DNA of 64,000 nucleotides from Candidatus Fermentibacteraceae bacterium (GTDB lineage: Bacteria > Fermentibacterota > Fermentibacteria > Fermentibacterales > JCC-6), in assembly GCA_027067855.1 (NCBI GenBank), contig JAMOUX010000044.1, positions 3,965 to 67,964 on the forward strand, read 5' to 3'. Positions 36,059 through 45,925 of the stretch are shown piece after piece. Position 1 is the first letter of the stretch; the number at the start of each line of letters is the position of its first letter. The position numbers and the translations under genes are program-made. Under the pieces are notes generated by a model. That model did not search any database and had not been told where the DNA came from. It saw only the letters and a program-made list of their open reading frames with translations.

Positions 36059-39000
36059 TTTTCACCTTCTGTTCCTGGGTTGATCCTCAATCCCGCAATC
36101 GTCTCCAACCCAACGGATCCGTGCGGAACCTTTTCATGTTCCATGACTCCGGCGAACCCCGGTAATCTCGATGCCATAAATCTCTTCAAAGCCGCCTGCT
36201 CAAAATGCGCCCCGGCCTGACCCAACGCCCAGAACAGGCGTTTCAAGGCCGCGGCTTCGGATGTTTTCCTGTAATCCCTCAACCAGGTCATCACCGCCTG
36301 TTCGCGGTAACCCATGTCCCACAGGGCCAAGGCCATGGTGTCGAGAACCTCGTGCGACTCTTCCAAGCCTTCCAGGAGTTCCAGAGCCGCCTCGGGCCTT
36401 CCGGCGGGAATCAGGTCTTTCGCCGCTTTCACCGCTTCTTCGTGATCACCCGGCACGGTTCGAAGTTCCTCCGCCAGCTTCCGTCTCGACCGGGCAAGGC
36501 CTTCCCACAACAGAGAGAGAACCTCGTCGGAACCCTCGGACACGGCGACTTCCGATGCTTTGCCGAACATACCGGCAGACAGCAGTATATCCACGAATTT
36601 CACTGTCTCGTCGTGAGTAAGCACGTCTCCTTCATCCATGTTCCTGAAAGCTTCCAGGCATTTTTCGGCAAGGTTCCTCCTGGATTCCGACTCGTCCATC
36701 GGGAAAAGCGTTTCGTCATCGGACAACCGCAATAACCATCTTATTCCTCTTCCGGATCTCAAGACGGCTGAAACGACTTCCCTGAGTTCCTCCTTCGGTA
36801 CTTTCGTGTAATCCCCCGGAAGCAGCCTGCGCATGGCCTCGGCCGTCACGCTGTCGGACCTGACCGATTTCCAGAACCTCATCCTGTCGGCATCACCCTT
36901 GTCCACGGCTTCCAGGTAATCCGTGGCCGCCGTGGAACTCCAGGGCTCCGGACTTCTCTCGGAAAGCATGACCAATATGTTCTCGGCCTTCTCCTTCAAA
37001 CCTTCTCTCATCGCATGACCGGCAAGCACCATAAGGACATCGGCGTCTTCTTCCGGAGTCCACGACGAAATACCCTTAACAAGTATGCGCTCGTTGAGAG
37101 GTATCTCCATGTTCTCCGATGCTCCCAGGGTGTTCAGAAACGTATCCTTGTCACCCAATGCCAAGGCGCAAAGCGCCTTGGGTATCGGCCCCATCCTGTG
37201 AAACTCCTGTATCAGCCCCTGTCCCGCAATGTCGGGTTTGGCAAGAATCGCTTCAGTCAACATTCCATCTATGTCCGCGGAGATCCGGTACCGTACAGCC
37301 ACCCTTGCAGCATAGAGGAATGCGTCTCCCGAGGACGATTCCGATCCCATTCTCTCCGCCGTCTCCACTATTTCGCCGGCGGATCTTCCGTTCATCTCCA
37401 GGAGTACGGCCGAATACCTGTGGAACCTGTCGAAATCCTCCCTCCCGGCCGCGGCAAGGGTCAAGGCCCTCACCACCGGGTATTCCCCCGGTGTCTCCCC
37501 GACCATCTCCTCCAGGAGTTCCATGACTCCCTCGACTCCGAGCACGGGATCCAACACAGAAGCCGCTCTCTCCGCCTGCTTGTCCACAAGGTACGAACGC
37601 GCCATGAGCATTCGTATCCTGGTCCCGTTGGCCGGAGATTTGGGCAGAACAAACTCCAGGACCTTTCTGGCCATTCCCGCCGCCCATGGTCGTTTCGCCG
37701 GTTTCTCCAGAAGTTCTACAGCTCCGGCATAATCGTCCTTCGCCACTTTTCTGCAGGCGAGGGCGACGTTTTCCAGCAGCGGTTCGCCCATAGTACCTTC
37801 TTCATAGGAAACCCCGGCCAGTATCACCCTGTTCCGGTCGAGAAGGTACTTCAGCCTGAACCGGGCCACTTCGGAAGCGTTGTCCCAGTTGAGAGAAGTC
37901 GCCAGGGATATCTTCCATTCTTCGGAGCCACCACACTTTTCCAGTATCGAAGCCACCGTTTTCGCCGCAGGCCCACTGGAAATACCGGAGAGAATCTTCT
38001 CCAGGTCAAGACTCTTCCTCAATTCCTCCGGCATTATTTCTATTTTATGAACTATGTCCGCCTGCAGATCCGGATCCTCCATCGCCCTTGCGAGGTATGC
38101 GTCAGCCCGTTCCGTATCGTTCTCCCTCAGGCATACGATCGCCATTATGAACGCCTGCCAGGGGGTTTGGGGTTCGAACCCGGATTCGATTATCTCCTTG
38201 ACCGTTCCGACTTTCACGTCGTCTCTCGAAAGAAGCTTCCTCCCCTCGGGAACGGGTATCCTCCCCGTAAGAAGCAGTCGGAACCAGTCCTCGGCGGCTT
38301 CGATCTCCCTCTCCGAACGAAGTCTGAAAAGAGCCCTCGCTTCCAGCAGATCCGGATTTCCGGCTACAAGGTCATCGATTTTATCAAGCACTCCGGCGGC
38401 ATCACCACAAAACTTTTTATCTTTCTTTTTAATCAATATCTGGAGAGCGGCCGAGGCCTTCTCATTTCTACCGGTTTCCTGAAGCACCACCGCAAGAAGT
38501 GTGAGGACCGATGCGTTGCTCTTTTCCCTGGCCAGCAGTTTCTGAACGTGCCTGAACACCCACGAAGGATCGGACTCGAGTATGGGCAGCAACGCGAACA
38601 CGGCATCTTCAACCCCGCCGTTTTCGCACAGATAGTGAGCCAGCTTCATCGCGATATCCCCCGAGGTTTCCCCGGTCTTCTCTATGATGTTATTGCACAC
38701 GTCTATGAGGATGGAAGGTTCGGCATCACCGGCATCAAATGCTCTTTCCAGCGCCTGTATGGCCTTTTCCAGCCTGCCCCTCTCCAGGTGCATCCTGGCC
38801 GCCAGCAACTGGGGGGCGGCGCCGCCTCCGGGAGACGCGACCAGATTGTCTATGGCTTTCTCCAGTTCCTCCCGGTCCAGGCTTTCTCCGTATATATCCT
38901 CGAGTATCCCGGCGGCGTCGTCTATCCTGCCCGCTATCGCCAGCATTTCAGCCAGCAGGGCCGATGATTTGGAACGGTCGTGCGGAACCATGTATTTCTC

Positions 39001-39744
39001 CATGACGACGGAGGCCTCAGCCGCCTCGTCCTTCGTGGGATTCGAATCCAATAACCTGTTGGCGAACTGGATCGCCTGGTCCATGTTACCGGTCGCCGCC
39101 GCGATACCCATGAGGGGAATGAGGAAAAGGCTGTCCGGATCCTTGACCTGGTTGCCTATCCAGAACGCCAGCATGGGAATGTCCCGCTGGGGATACTCCA
39201 CCTCCCTGCAGACCTTCCACAGGAATTCCACCGCTTCGCCTACCCGCCTCTTCCGATACAGGTTCAGCGCCCATTCCACCAACGTGGCCTGGTCGGCTTC
39301 GGGATGCACGGTGCCGTCGAATCGTATGGAGTTTTTCATTTTTTCGTAGACGGAATCGAAGAGTTCCTTTACGGTGATCTCATCGGCCATCCTCATCAAT
39401 TCCATGGCCCCCTTGAAATCATGCAGGTCCATGTAATTCCGCCATATCACTCTCAGGAGTTCCGTGGACCTGGAGTATTCGCTCATCCGTTCCCGGAGAA
39501 GGTTGCGAACCTCCACCGCCACCCGGCGATGCCTGTGCATGACCTCCTCGCCTATCGCTGCGGCAAGACTGGGATGTCCTATTTCCAGCAGGAGTTCCAG
39601 GAGTTCCATGGCCACCTCGCTGTCCTCCAGCAATGCGGCCCGTTCGTCCCTCACCGCGGACGAAACCTTGTTTATGTTGCCTTCCTCCGCGAACTTCCTG
39701 ATCTTCTTCAATACCCTCTTCGAGCCCGATTCGAACAATGCCAT
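36055..39744 (-). CDS. Large alpha-helical/TPR-like hypothetical protein (1229 aa)
   Basis: Long ORF coupled to both neighbours; repeated TPR-like segments (LAIAGRIDDAAGILE, ARMHLERGRLEKAIQALERA); no signal peptide. Confidence 0.7.
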   Translation of the reverse strand: MALFESGSKRVLKKIRKFAEEGNINKVSSAVRDERAALLEDSEVAMELLELLLEIGHPSLAAAIGEEVMHRHRRVAVEVRNLLRERMSEYSRSTELLRVIWRNYMDLHDFKGAMELMRMADEITVKELFDSVYEKMKNSIRFDGTVHPEADQATLVEWALNLYRKRRVGEAVEFLWKVCREVEYPQRDIPMLAFWIGNQVKDPDSLFLIPLMGIAAATGNMDQAIQFANRLLDSNPTKDEAAEASVVMEKYMVPHDRSKSSALLAEMLAIAGRIDDAAGILEDIYGESLDREELEKAIDNLVASPGGGAAPQLLAARMHLERGRLEKAIQALERAFDAGDAEPSILIDVCNNIIEKTGETSGDIAMKLAHYLCENGGVEDAVFALLPILESDPSWVFRHVQKLLAREKSNASVLTLLAVVLQETGRNEKASAALQILIKKKDKKFCGDAAGVLDKIDDLVAGNPDLLEARALFRLRSEREIEAAEDWFRLLLTGRIPVPEGRKLLSRDDVKVGTVKEIIESGFEPQTPWQAFIMAIVCLRENDTERADAYLARAMEDPDLQADIVHKIEIMPEELRKSLDLEKILSGISSGPAAKTVASILEKCGGSEEWKISLATSLNWDNASEVARFRLKYLLDRNRVILAGVSYEEGTMGEPLLENVALACRKVAKDDYAGAVELLEKPAKRPWAAGMARKVLEFVLPKSPANGTRIRMLMARSYLVDKQAERAASVLDPVLGVEGVMELLEEMVGETPGEYPVVRALTLAAAGREDFDRFHRYSAVLLEMNGRSAGEIVETAERMGSESSSGDAFLYAARVAVRYRISADIDGMLTEAILAKPDIAGQGLIQEFHRMGPIPKALCALALGDKDTFLNTLGASENMEIPLNERILVKGISSWTPEEDADVLMVLAGHAMREGLKEKAENILVMLSERSPEPWSSTAATDYLEAVDKGDADRMRFWKSVRSDSVTAEAMRRLLPGDYTKVPKEELREVVSAVLRSGRGIRWLLRLSDDETLFPMDESESRRNLAEKCLEAFRNMDEGDVLTHDETVKFVDILLSAGMFGKASEVAVSEGSDEVLSLLWEGLARSRRKLAEELRTVPGDHEEAVKAAKDLIPAGRPEAALELLEGLEESHEVLDTMALALWDMGYREQAVMTWLRDYRKTSEAAALKRLFWALGQAGAHFEQAALKRFMASRLPGFAGVMEHEKVPHGSVGLETIAGLRINPGTEGEK

Positions 39745-39747
39745 TCT

Positions 39748-41190
39748 TCACTCACCTAACCCGGGAAAGATTACCAGAACTTCACCAAGAGACAGATGGC
39801 TGTCCTCCAGGGAATTCAGGTACATGATCTGCTCGATCGAAACACCATATTTCAATGCAATATCCCAGAGGGTATCCCCCTTGATAACCGTATGAACAAC
39901 TCTTTCGGCATCGGATAATACTATATCCGTTTCAGGCCCGGAGAAAAGTGTCGGTTTGTCGGCGCCACCGGTGTCGGAACCTTCCGCCGATTCCGGTCTT
40001 CTCAGCATGAGGACGTCACCGGGATAGATGACGGCATCCGGAGATATTCCGTTCCACGCGGCCACTTCCCTCGAACTTACACCCACCGATGCCCCGATAC
40101 CGCCCAACGTGTCACCCATTCTCACGGTATACCTGAAGAAACGGGGATTCCCCGCAACCCCCCTGTTGACCGGCCGCCTCCGGCTCTCCGGTATTTCCAG
40201 GTAATTTCCCGGTTCCATGGACCCCGCCGGATTCATGTCCATCAGCGATTTTTTCGAAACTCCGAGAGAAGCCGCCACCGTTTCCCAGGTGTCGCCTTCC
40301 CTCACGGCATACCTCTGCGGATCCATTTTCCAAGCAGCCGGAAAAGCCCTTTCGGCGTACTCTTCCGGTACGACCACGGTCCAGGGACCGCTCCCGCGGG
40401 GTGTGCGTTCTTTCAGGTATGCCATGTTGAGGTTCATCAGCGTATCCACGTTCATGCCGATTTCCGCCGCCAGGAGCCTGAGGTCCAGATTCGCCGGCAC
40501 CCATATTACGGCCAGTTCACACGATTCGTCTTCAATTCCGGCATAAGCCTCCGCGGCGGCGGCGAACCTGGGCACGAACGCATCGGTTTCTCCCGGAAGG
40601 TCTATCTCGCCGAACCCGCATCCGCCGTTCTTCAGCCCTCTCATCATCCTTCCGGGACCGCAGTTGTAGGCGGCAACGGCCAGTGACCAGTCTCCGAAGG
40701 TTTTATGGAGATTCCTGAGATATCTTGCCGCGGCCCTTGTCGACTCCACCCACGAATATCTCTCGTCGACTTCGTCGTTTACCTCCAGGCCGAGTTCACG
40801 GGCAGTGGTAGGCATCAGCTGCCATGGTCCAGCCGCGCCTGTCCGGGAATGGCACGCCGCGTTGAAACTGCTCTCCACCCACACCAGGGCGGCCATCTCC
40901 CGGGGAACCCCTTCCGACAGGAGAATCATCTCCAGCAGATTTTTCAGGCCGCGGGCGGCCGGAAAATCCTCGGGCCGGTACCTGACATCGCTTTTCAAAG
41001 ACAGGGAAGCCGGGACGCCGGAAAGCGACGATTCGATTCCGGATGATCCGCCGCCCTGCAGAATGGGCAGCACCATCATCGCGTCCGTTACCTTCGCTTC
41101 CGTTACGGAGGGCCTGCTCTCCATGCGGACCATCCTGGAACCGGAGCACGCAACCAGGCTCAGGCTTGACCACAGTACCAGCAGGACTAT
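39748..41190 (-). CDS. mltD: MltD-like lytic transglycosylase with three LysM domains
   Basis: VESSF, GAAGPWQLMP, VDER, AAYNCG; LysM repeats YAVREGDT, YTVRMGDTL, HTVIKGDTLW. Start uncertain. Confidence 0.85.
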   Translation of the reverse strand: MVLLVLWSSLSLVACSGSRMVRMESRPSVTEAKVTDAMMVLPILQGGGSSGIESSLSGVPASLSLKSDVRYRPEDFPAARGLKNLLEMILLSEGVPREMAALVWVESSFNAACHSRTGAAGPWQLMPTTARELGLEVNDEVDERYSWVESTRAAARYLRNLHKTFGDWSLAVAAYNCGPGRMMRGLKNGGCGFGEIDLPGETDAFVPRFAAAAEAYAGIEDESCELAVIWVPANLDLRLLAAEIGMNVDTLMNLNMAYLKERTPRGSGPWTVVVPEEYAERAFPAAWKMDPQRYAVREGDTWETVAASLGVSKKSLMDMNPAGSMEPGNYLEIPESRRRPVNRGVAGNPRFFRYTVRMGDTLGGIGASVGVSSREVAAWNGISPDAVIYPGDVLMLRRPESAEGSDTGGADKPTLFSGPETDIVLSDAERVVHTVIKGDTLWDIALKYGVSIEQIMYLNSLEDSHLSLGEVLVIFPGLGE

Positions 41191-41220
41191 GTATCCACTG
41201 TGAAGAAAGGAGGGACGGCC

Positions 41221-42180
41221 ATGGCTGTCGTTGGTGTGGTCGGAGCCACCGGCCTCGTTGGTGAAACCATGATCAGGATACTCGAAGAACGTTCCTTTCC
41301 CGTAGATGATCTCCATCCTTTCGCATCAGGAAATTCAGAAGGTAAAACAGTCCTCTTCCGTGACTCCGAATACCCGGTTGAAATAATATCACCGGAAAAA
41401 ATTAGCAAGGGAATGTACGTTTTCGGGGCGACCTCCGCCGAGACGGCCGGAACCTGGGTTCCGATGTGCAGGGAACGCGGCGCGGTGGTCATCGACAACT
41501 CGTCCGCCTACAGGATGGAGCCGGATGTTCCGCTGGTGGTGCCCGAGGTGAACGGAGCCCGGGTCACCGGCTGTGAAAACCTGCTGGCCAACCCGAACTG
41601 CTCGACCATCCAGCTTGTCGTCGCCCTGAATCCCCTTCTCGCCCTGGGCGAAATATCGTGGGTCAACGTCTGCACCTACCAGGCCGTTTCAGGGGCTGGT
41701 TCCTCCGCATTGAGAGAACTTTCCGGACAACAGGCCGGAAAACCGGCGGAAAACGGTCCGCTCTTTCATGAAAACATCGTAACCACTATCGGAACACCCG
41801 ATCATCACGGTTTCTGCGAGGAAGAATCGAAACTGGTGAGAGAAACCCGCAAGATAATGAGCCGTGAATTCACCCTTTATCCTTCAACGGCCCGCGTCCC
41901 GGTGCGAACCGGCCACACCGAGGCCGTAACTCTCAGGTTCGAAACACCGGTGAATCCCGACGACGCCATCGAACTCATGAGGTCCGCACCGGGCATCATT
42001 ATCGGTGAACACTCATTCGGCCCCGTTGACGTCGAGGGCATGGATAATATCGTGGTCACCAGGATGAGAACACCTCCGGGCGATCCCAACGTTCTGCAAT
42101 TCTGGGTGATAGCGGATAATCTCAGGAAAGGAGCGGCCCTGAACGCCGTCCAGATAGCGGAAATCCACATGAAAAAGTAG
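41221..42180 (+). CDS. asd: Aspartate-semialdehyde dehydrogenase
   Basis: VVGATGLVG, DNSSAYRM, ANPNCSTIQ, YQAVSGAG, DNLRKGAALNAVQIAE; SD GGAGG. Confidence 0.95.
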   Translation: MAVVGVVGATGLVGETMIRILEERSFPVDDLHPFASGNSEGKTVLFRDSEYPVEIISPEKISKGMYVFGATSAETAGTWVPMCRERGAVVIDNSSAYRMEPDVPLVVPEVNGARVTGCENLLANPNCSTIQLVVALNPLLALGEISWVNVCTYQAVSGAGSSALRELSGQQAGKPAENGPLFHENIVTTIGTPDHHGFCEEESKLVRETRKIMSREFTLYPSTARVPVRTGHTEAVTLRFETPVNPDDAIELMRSAPGIIIGEHSFGPVDVEGMDNIVVTRMRTPPGDPNVLQFWVIADNLRKGAALNAVQIAEIHMKK

Positions 42181-42205
42181 AGCCGGCCGCGGAAGCGACC
42201 GGCTC
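42180..42205. terminator. GC-rich hairpin between convergent genes
   Basis: GAGCCGG-CCGC-GGAA-GCGA-CCGGCTC. Confidence 0.5.
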
Positions 42206-42231
42206 CTTACCGTTATACGCTTATCCGGAGA

Positions 42232-43662
42232 TTAGCGCAACAGCACCATCTTCCGTACATCCACTACTCCAGGGGTACTCAGCCTGCAGTAGTAGACTCC
42301 GTCGGGATGATTCCCGGCTTCCCATACGAACTCATACTCTCCCGGTGCCATGAAAGCATCCGCAAGAGTAGCCACTTCCCTACCGGCCATATCGTACACC
42401 TTCAGCGAGACATGTCCGGCGTTATGCACCGAAACATCTATGGTGGTGTACCCGTTGAACGGGTTCGGAGTGTTCTGGTGAAGTTCGTTGTGCATCAGCC
42501 TGGCGAATCCCTGTCCTTCTATACCGGTAGGATAAACGGTGAAGGAATCTATCAGGGAAGCGTCCGTGGCGTAGGCCTCGAAATGCAGCGTATTGTTGGC
42601 TATGTCGATCTTGCAGAAATGGTTCTTTTTGGCGGTGGCGACTATTTTGTCGGCATTCGGATCCGGGGAGTACAACGGCGCGCCTCCGCCGCCGGTGGTT
42701 ATGTGCTGGACGCCATCCACCTCGGCACGCGCATAGTAATGGTTGTGTCCGCCGAAGACTATCGCAACACCGTAATCCTTGCAGAGAGGCTGGATATAGT
42801 CCTGCACGGGCTTCTCATTGCTGTGACCGCCGGCGGACCAGCCGGGCTCGTGGAGTATTATGAACTTCCAGGTCTTGTTCGAGTTTTTCAGGTCGTTCTT
42901 TATCCAGTTGTACTGGGTCGAACCGGAAGAATAGCTCTTGTACTGGTCTATGTAGGTGAAGTGAGCTGGACCGTAGTCGAACGACCAGTAGCACGGAGTT
43001 TCGTAGGGATAGGGGAAGTATTTCTGGAACAGGCTCGAATTACCCTCGTGGTTACCCCTGCTCGAAAGGAAGGGTATGGTCGCCCTGAGTTCGTTGACGT
43101 TCGGGGCGTCCTCGGTGAAGAACTGGTCGTCCCAGTCCCCTTCTTTTTCCCCGTCACCAACGAGGTCGCCGGTCATGATCAGTATGGTCTGGGAGGCCGG
43201 ATTGGTATCGATGTAGTCCAGCACTCCGCCGGCTACGGCGTTCTGTGTCTCCGGATAATTCCTGGTATCGCCGTACGCGTAGAAAGACAGGCTCGTGGCC
43301 GAAGCGGCCGGAGCCGTGTAAAAGGAACCGGTGTGCGTGTCGGATCCGGCTATCACCTTGAAGTAGTATTTCTTTCCCGTTTCCAGTTCCTTTATAGTGT
43401 ACTTATGCTGATGGGAGTTGTTGTATTCCGTAGTCGAGGCCGAATCGGAATACGTGGTATCCTGGCTCCACTTAATGGTACATGCTTTTTTGCTGGTCAG
43501 CTGCCAATGCACTTCCATTTCGCCGGCGTTACCGTTGAAAAGAAGGTACGGCGCCTTCCTGGTGTCAGTCCATTCGTCGGTACCCGCATAAAGAACGGAA
43601 GCCGTGAGCAACACGACCACCGCCATCATACAGGTTCGCACCGAAGATCCTCCGAATCGCAT
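42232..43662 (-). CDS. Secreted purple-acid-phosphatase-like metallophosphoesterase with T9SS/FlgD-type C-terminal domain
   Basis: Signal peptide, FN3-like domain, GDTR, GDLV, GNHE, GHNHYY; C-terminal QNTPNPFN...YDMAGREV...GVYY. Confidence 0.85.
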   Translation of the reverse strand: MRFGGSSVRTCMMAVVVLLTASVLYAGTDEWTDTRKAPYLLFNGNAGEMEVHWQLTSKKACTIKWSQDTTYSDSASTTEYNNSHQHKYTIKELETGKKYYFKVIAGSDTHTGSFYTAPAASATSLSFYAYGDTRNYPETQNAVAGGVLDYIDTNPASQTILIMTGDLVGDGEKEGDWDDQFFTEDAPNVNELRATIPFLSSRGNHEGNSSLFQKYFPYPYETPCYWSFDYGPAHFTYIDQYKSYSSGSTQYNWIKNDLKNSNKTWKFIILHEPGWSAGGHSNEKPVQDYIQPLCKDYGVAIVFGGHNHYYARAEVDGVQHITTGGGGAPLYSPDPNADKIVATAKKNHFCKIDIANNTLHFEAYATDASLIDSFTVYPTGIEGQGFARLMHNELHQNTPNPFNGYTTIDVSVHNAGHVSLKVYDMAGREVATLADAFMAPGEYEFVWEAGNHPDGVYYCRLSTPGVVDVRKMVLLR

Positions 43663-43862
43663 CTCTACTCCTCTCGGGTTTTACTTACTTTGCGTCGAAA
43701 CGCCGCTTCCAGGGACCCTTGTCTCAATATAAACGTCCGTCCATCCGTCACTTCCTTTCTCCGTCGCGTCTCTTTCATACATGTCGCTCAGGCTTTTACC
43801 GAACATTTTCAAATGTTGCCGGAACCGTTTCCAGAAACGCTTCCCGTTAACTCGCATTGAAC

Positions 43863-43905
43863 ATTATAGAACGCGACTACGGATGTCAAGTTCTTAATCC
43901 GTAGT
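43863..43905 (-). promoter_or_regulatory. Putative promoter overlapped by an inverted-repeat operator
   Basis: TTGACA-N15-TATAAT on the minus strand; ACTACGGAT-N12-ATCCGTAGT straddles the -35 box. Confidence 0.45.
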
Positions 43906-44034
43906 GAAAAGCACCAACGCCGAGAGCAATGCGTCGGAACACCATGCGACCGCATCGCCTCATAACCGCGAGACGGAAAACACGGTCTGAAGGCGGCCGG
44001 GATTCCGATCTTGCGAACGGCGTTCTCTATATCC

Positions 44035-44769
44035 CTATATATCCACGTCCATATCGTCGAAATCGAATTCGTCGTCTATATCCTGACTCAGATCTTCGAG
44101 TTCGGCGCCGCACTTCTCGCACACTACAAGATGAGGGGGATTGACATGACCGCAAACGGGACACTTGTTCTCGTCAGCGTCGGGTTCCTCGGACAGGTCT
44201 TCCAGTTCCATGTCGAGTTCCTCGATCTCCTCCACCGAGTCATCATCGACCATCTCGGCTTCGGCTATATCGAGTTCTTCCTCCTCCACTTCCTCCAGAA
44301 CATCTTCATCGCCTCCGGGAACCCCGGCTGAAGTGGCATGATCAACGTCGCTGAGCACGCCCTTAAGGTCATCGAGTTCCTTCTTGAGCTGTTCGAGCAC
44401 ATTGAAGGTGACGTCCCGCTCGCTCTCTGCGGCATTCAACTCGTTCTTGAATTCTTCGTTGTCCTGGTTGAACTCGCCCAGCTTGGCCCTTATCTGCAGT
44501 TCGTCCACCCTGTCGGACTGATTGGTGTAAAGTTCTTCCTTCTCTCTTATTTCCTCGGTCAATTCCCTGGCCTTCGACTCCAGGGAATCCCTCTGCTCGT
44601 TCACTTTTTCCAGTACGTCCTGGAGCTTAGCCGAGTAATCTTCCCGAATCCTTTTGTACACCCTCGGGTTGGTCTCGTCCTTCATACTTTCAAGGTTGTT
44701 GAGCCTGTTGACCAACTCTTCCCTGCTGGCAAGCAGGTCGAGAATTTTTTGTTCGAGTACCTCTGCCAT
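44035..44769 (-). CDS. Coiled-coil protein with acidic linker and C-terminal zinc ribbon
   Basis: Heptad repeats; very acidic linker; CPVCG...CEKCG; SD GGAGG. Confidence 0.75.
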   Translation of the reverse strand: MAEVLEQKILDLLASREELVNRLNNLESMKDETNPRVYKRIREDYSAKLQDVLEKVNEQRDSLESKARELTEEIREKEELYTNQSDRVDELQIRAKLGEFNQDNEEFKNELNAAESERDVTFNVLEQLKKELDDLKGVLSDVDHATSAGVPGGDEDVLEEVEEEELDIAEAEMVDDDSVEEIEELDMELEDLSEEPDADENKCPVCGHVNPPHLVVCEKCGAELEDLSQDIDDEFDFDDMDVDI

Positions 44770-44835
44770 GCTATCCTCCTAGACTTTCAGTGGCGGTGTC
44801 ACAACCGGCGCAAGCTGCACAACCGTTATTGTCAT

Positions 44836-45831
44836 TTATGGATCTCTCCGTGTCAAGGCGAAAACCAGATCAGCAAAAACCACCAGGTCTTCCCTCCCTG
44901 ATTTCAACTCCATGTCCGCCATCGCAAACGCCTTGGAAACCCTCGCGACGTCGTCCGCCCGCAGTTTTCCCGCCTTCGCCATCAACCTGTCCAAGTTCTT
45001 GTACCTGGCCCCGGTCCCGGCGGAGACATCGTTTCGCCCACCGCCGCCCGCCATTATTCCGGCGGCCAGCGCCACTTTGCGCCACGCCCCGTACAGGTAG
45101 TTGAGCAGTGACAGCGGATCTTCCCCCATGTCCAGGAGCCTTGCGGCGCAATCCAGGGCATCACCCCTTCGACCCGTCAAAACCGACTCGCCGAAACGGA
45201 AGACATCCACGTCACCCGGTCCGAAAAGCACCTTGGTTACGCCTTCGGCATTTATCTTCATTCCTTTTCCATGATAAAGCGAGAGGGTCGTTACAGCGCC
45301 GGAGAGTTTTGCGAGGTTCCTCCCGGCATAATCCGCCAGGAGTCGCTTTGCCTCTCCGTCAAGGGAGATGCCTTCTTCGCGGGTCAACATGGCGATCCAC
45401 CGCGACATGTCGCTTTCGAAAGGCTCGTAACAGGTATAGAATGACGCCGGCTTCTCCAGTTTCCTCAGGATAGAGGAATTCCTGGGCGACTTCTCGGAAA
45501 CGAGCAGCACCGCGGCCCCGGTTATTCCCCTCTTCAGAACTTCCAGCAATTCGGAAAAGGAACGCCTGCCCAACGCGTGAACCCGGGATATCACCAGAAG
45601 ACGGCCTCCCGCGAACAATGATCCTTCCGTCAGCATCCTGCCTATGTCACCGATCGAAAGTTCCTTGGCATCGAACCTGGAAATTTCGTAACCCTGGTCC
45701 CTGAACCTGGCGACAGCCCGATCCAGGATTCTTCCCGACTGGAAGGAATCCGGTCCGGCGACCGCCAGTACCGCGCCGTCCGAGGCCGAACAAACCAGCC
45801 GTTCCATCTCTTCGAATTTCCTGATCCTCAA
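44836..45831 (-). CDS. holA: DNA polymerase III subunit delta
   Basis: ~330 aa; SLFAGGRLLVI; C-terminal DMELKSG. Confidence 0.8.
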   Translation of the reverse strand: MRIRKFEEMERLVCSASDGAVLAVAGPDSFQSGRILDRAVARFRDQGYEISRFDAKELSIGDIGRMLTEGSLFAGGRLLVISRVHALGRRSFSELLEVLKRGITGAAVLLVSEKSPRNSSILRKLEKPASFYTCYEPFESDMSRWIAMLTREEGISLDGEAKRLLADYAGRNLAKLSGAVTTLSLYHGKGMKINAEGVTKVLFGPGDVDVFRFGESVLTGRRGDALDCAARLLDMGEDPLSLLNYLYGAWRKVALAAGIMAGGGGRNDVSAGTGARYKNLDRLMAKAGKLRADDVARVSKAFAMADMELKSGREDLVVFADLVFALTRRDP

Positions 45832-45925
45832 GAAACACCGACCTCCGTCACCAACCTTGCACCGCGGCTCCCAGGTGTGTATTTTTGCATCTTCATAATG
45901 TCACTCGATTCCGGGAGAAACAAAC

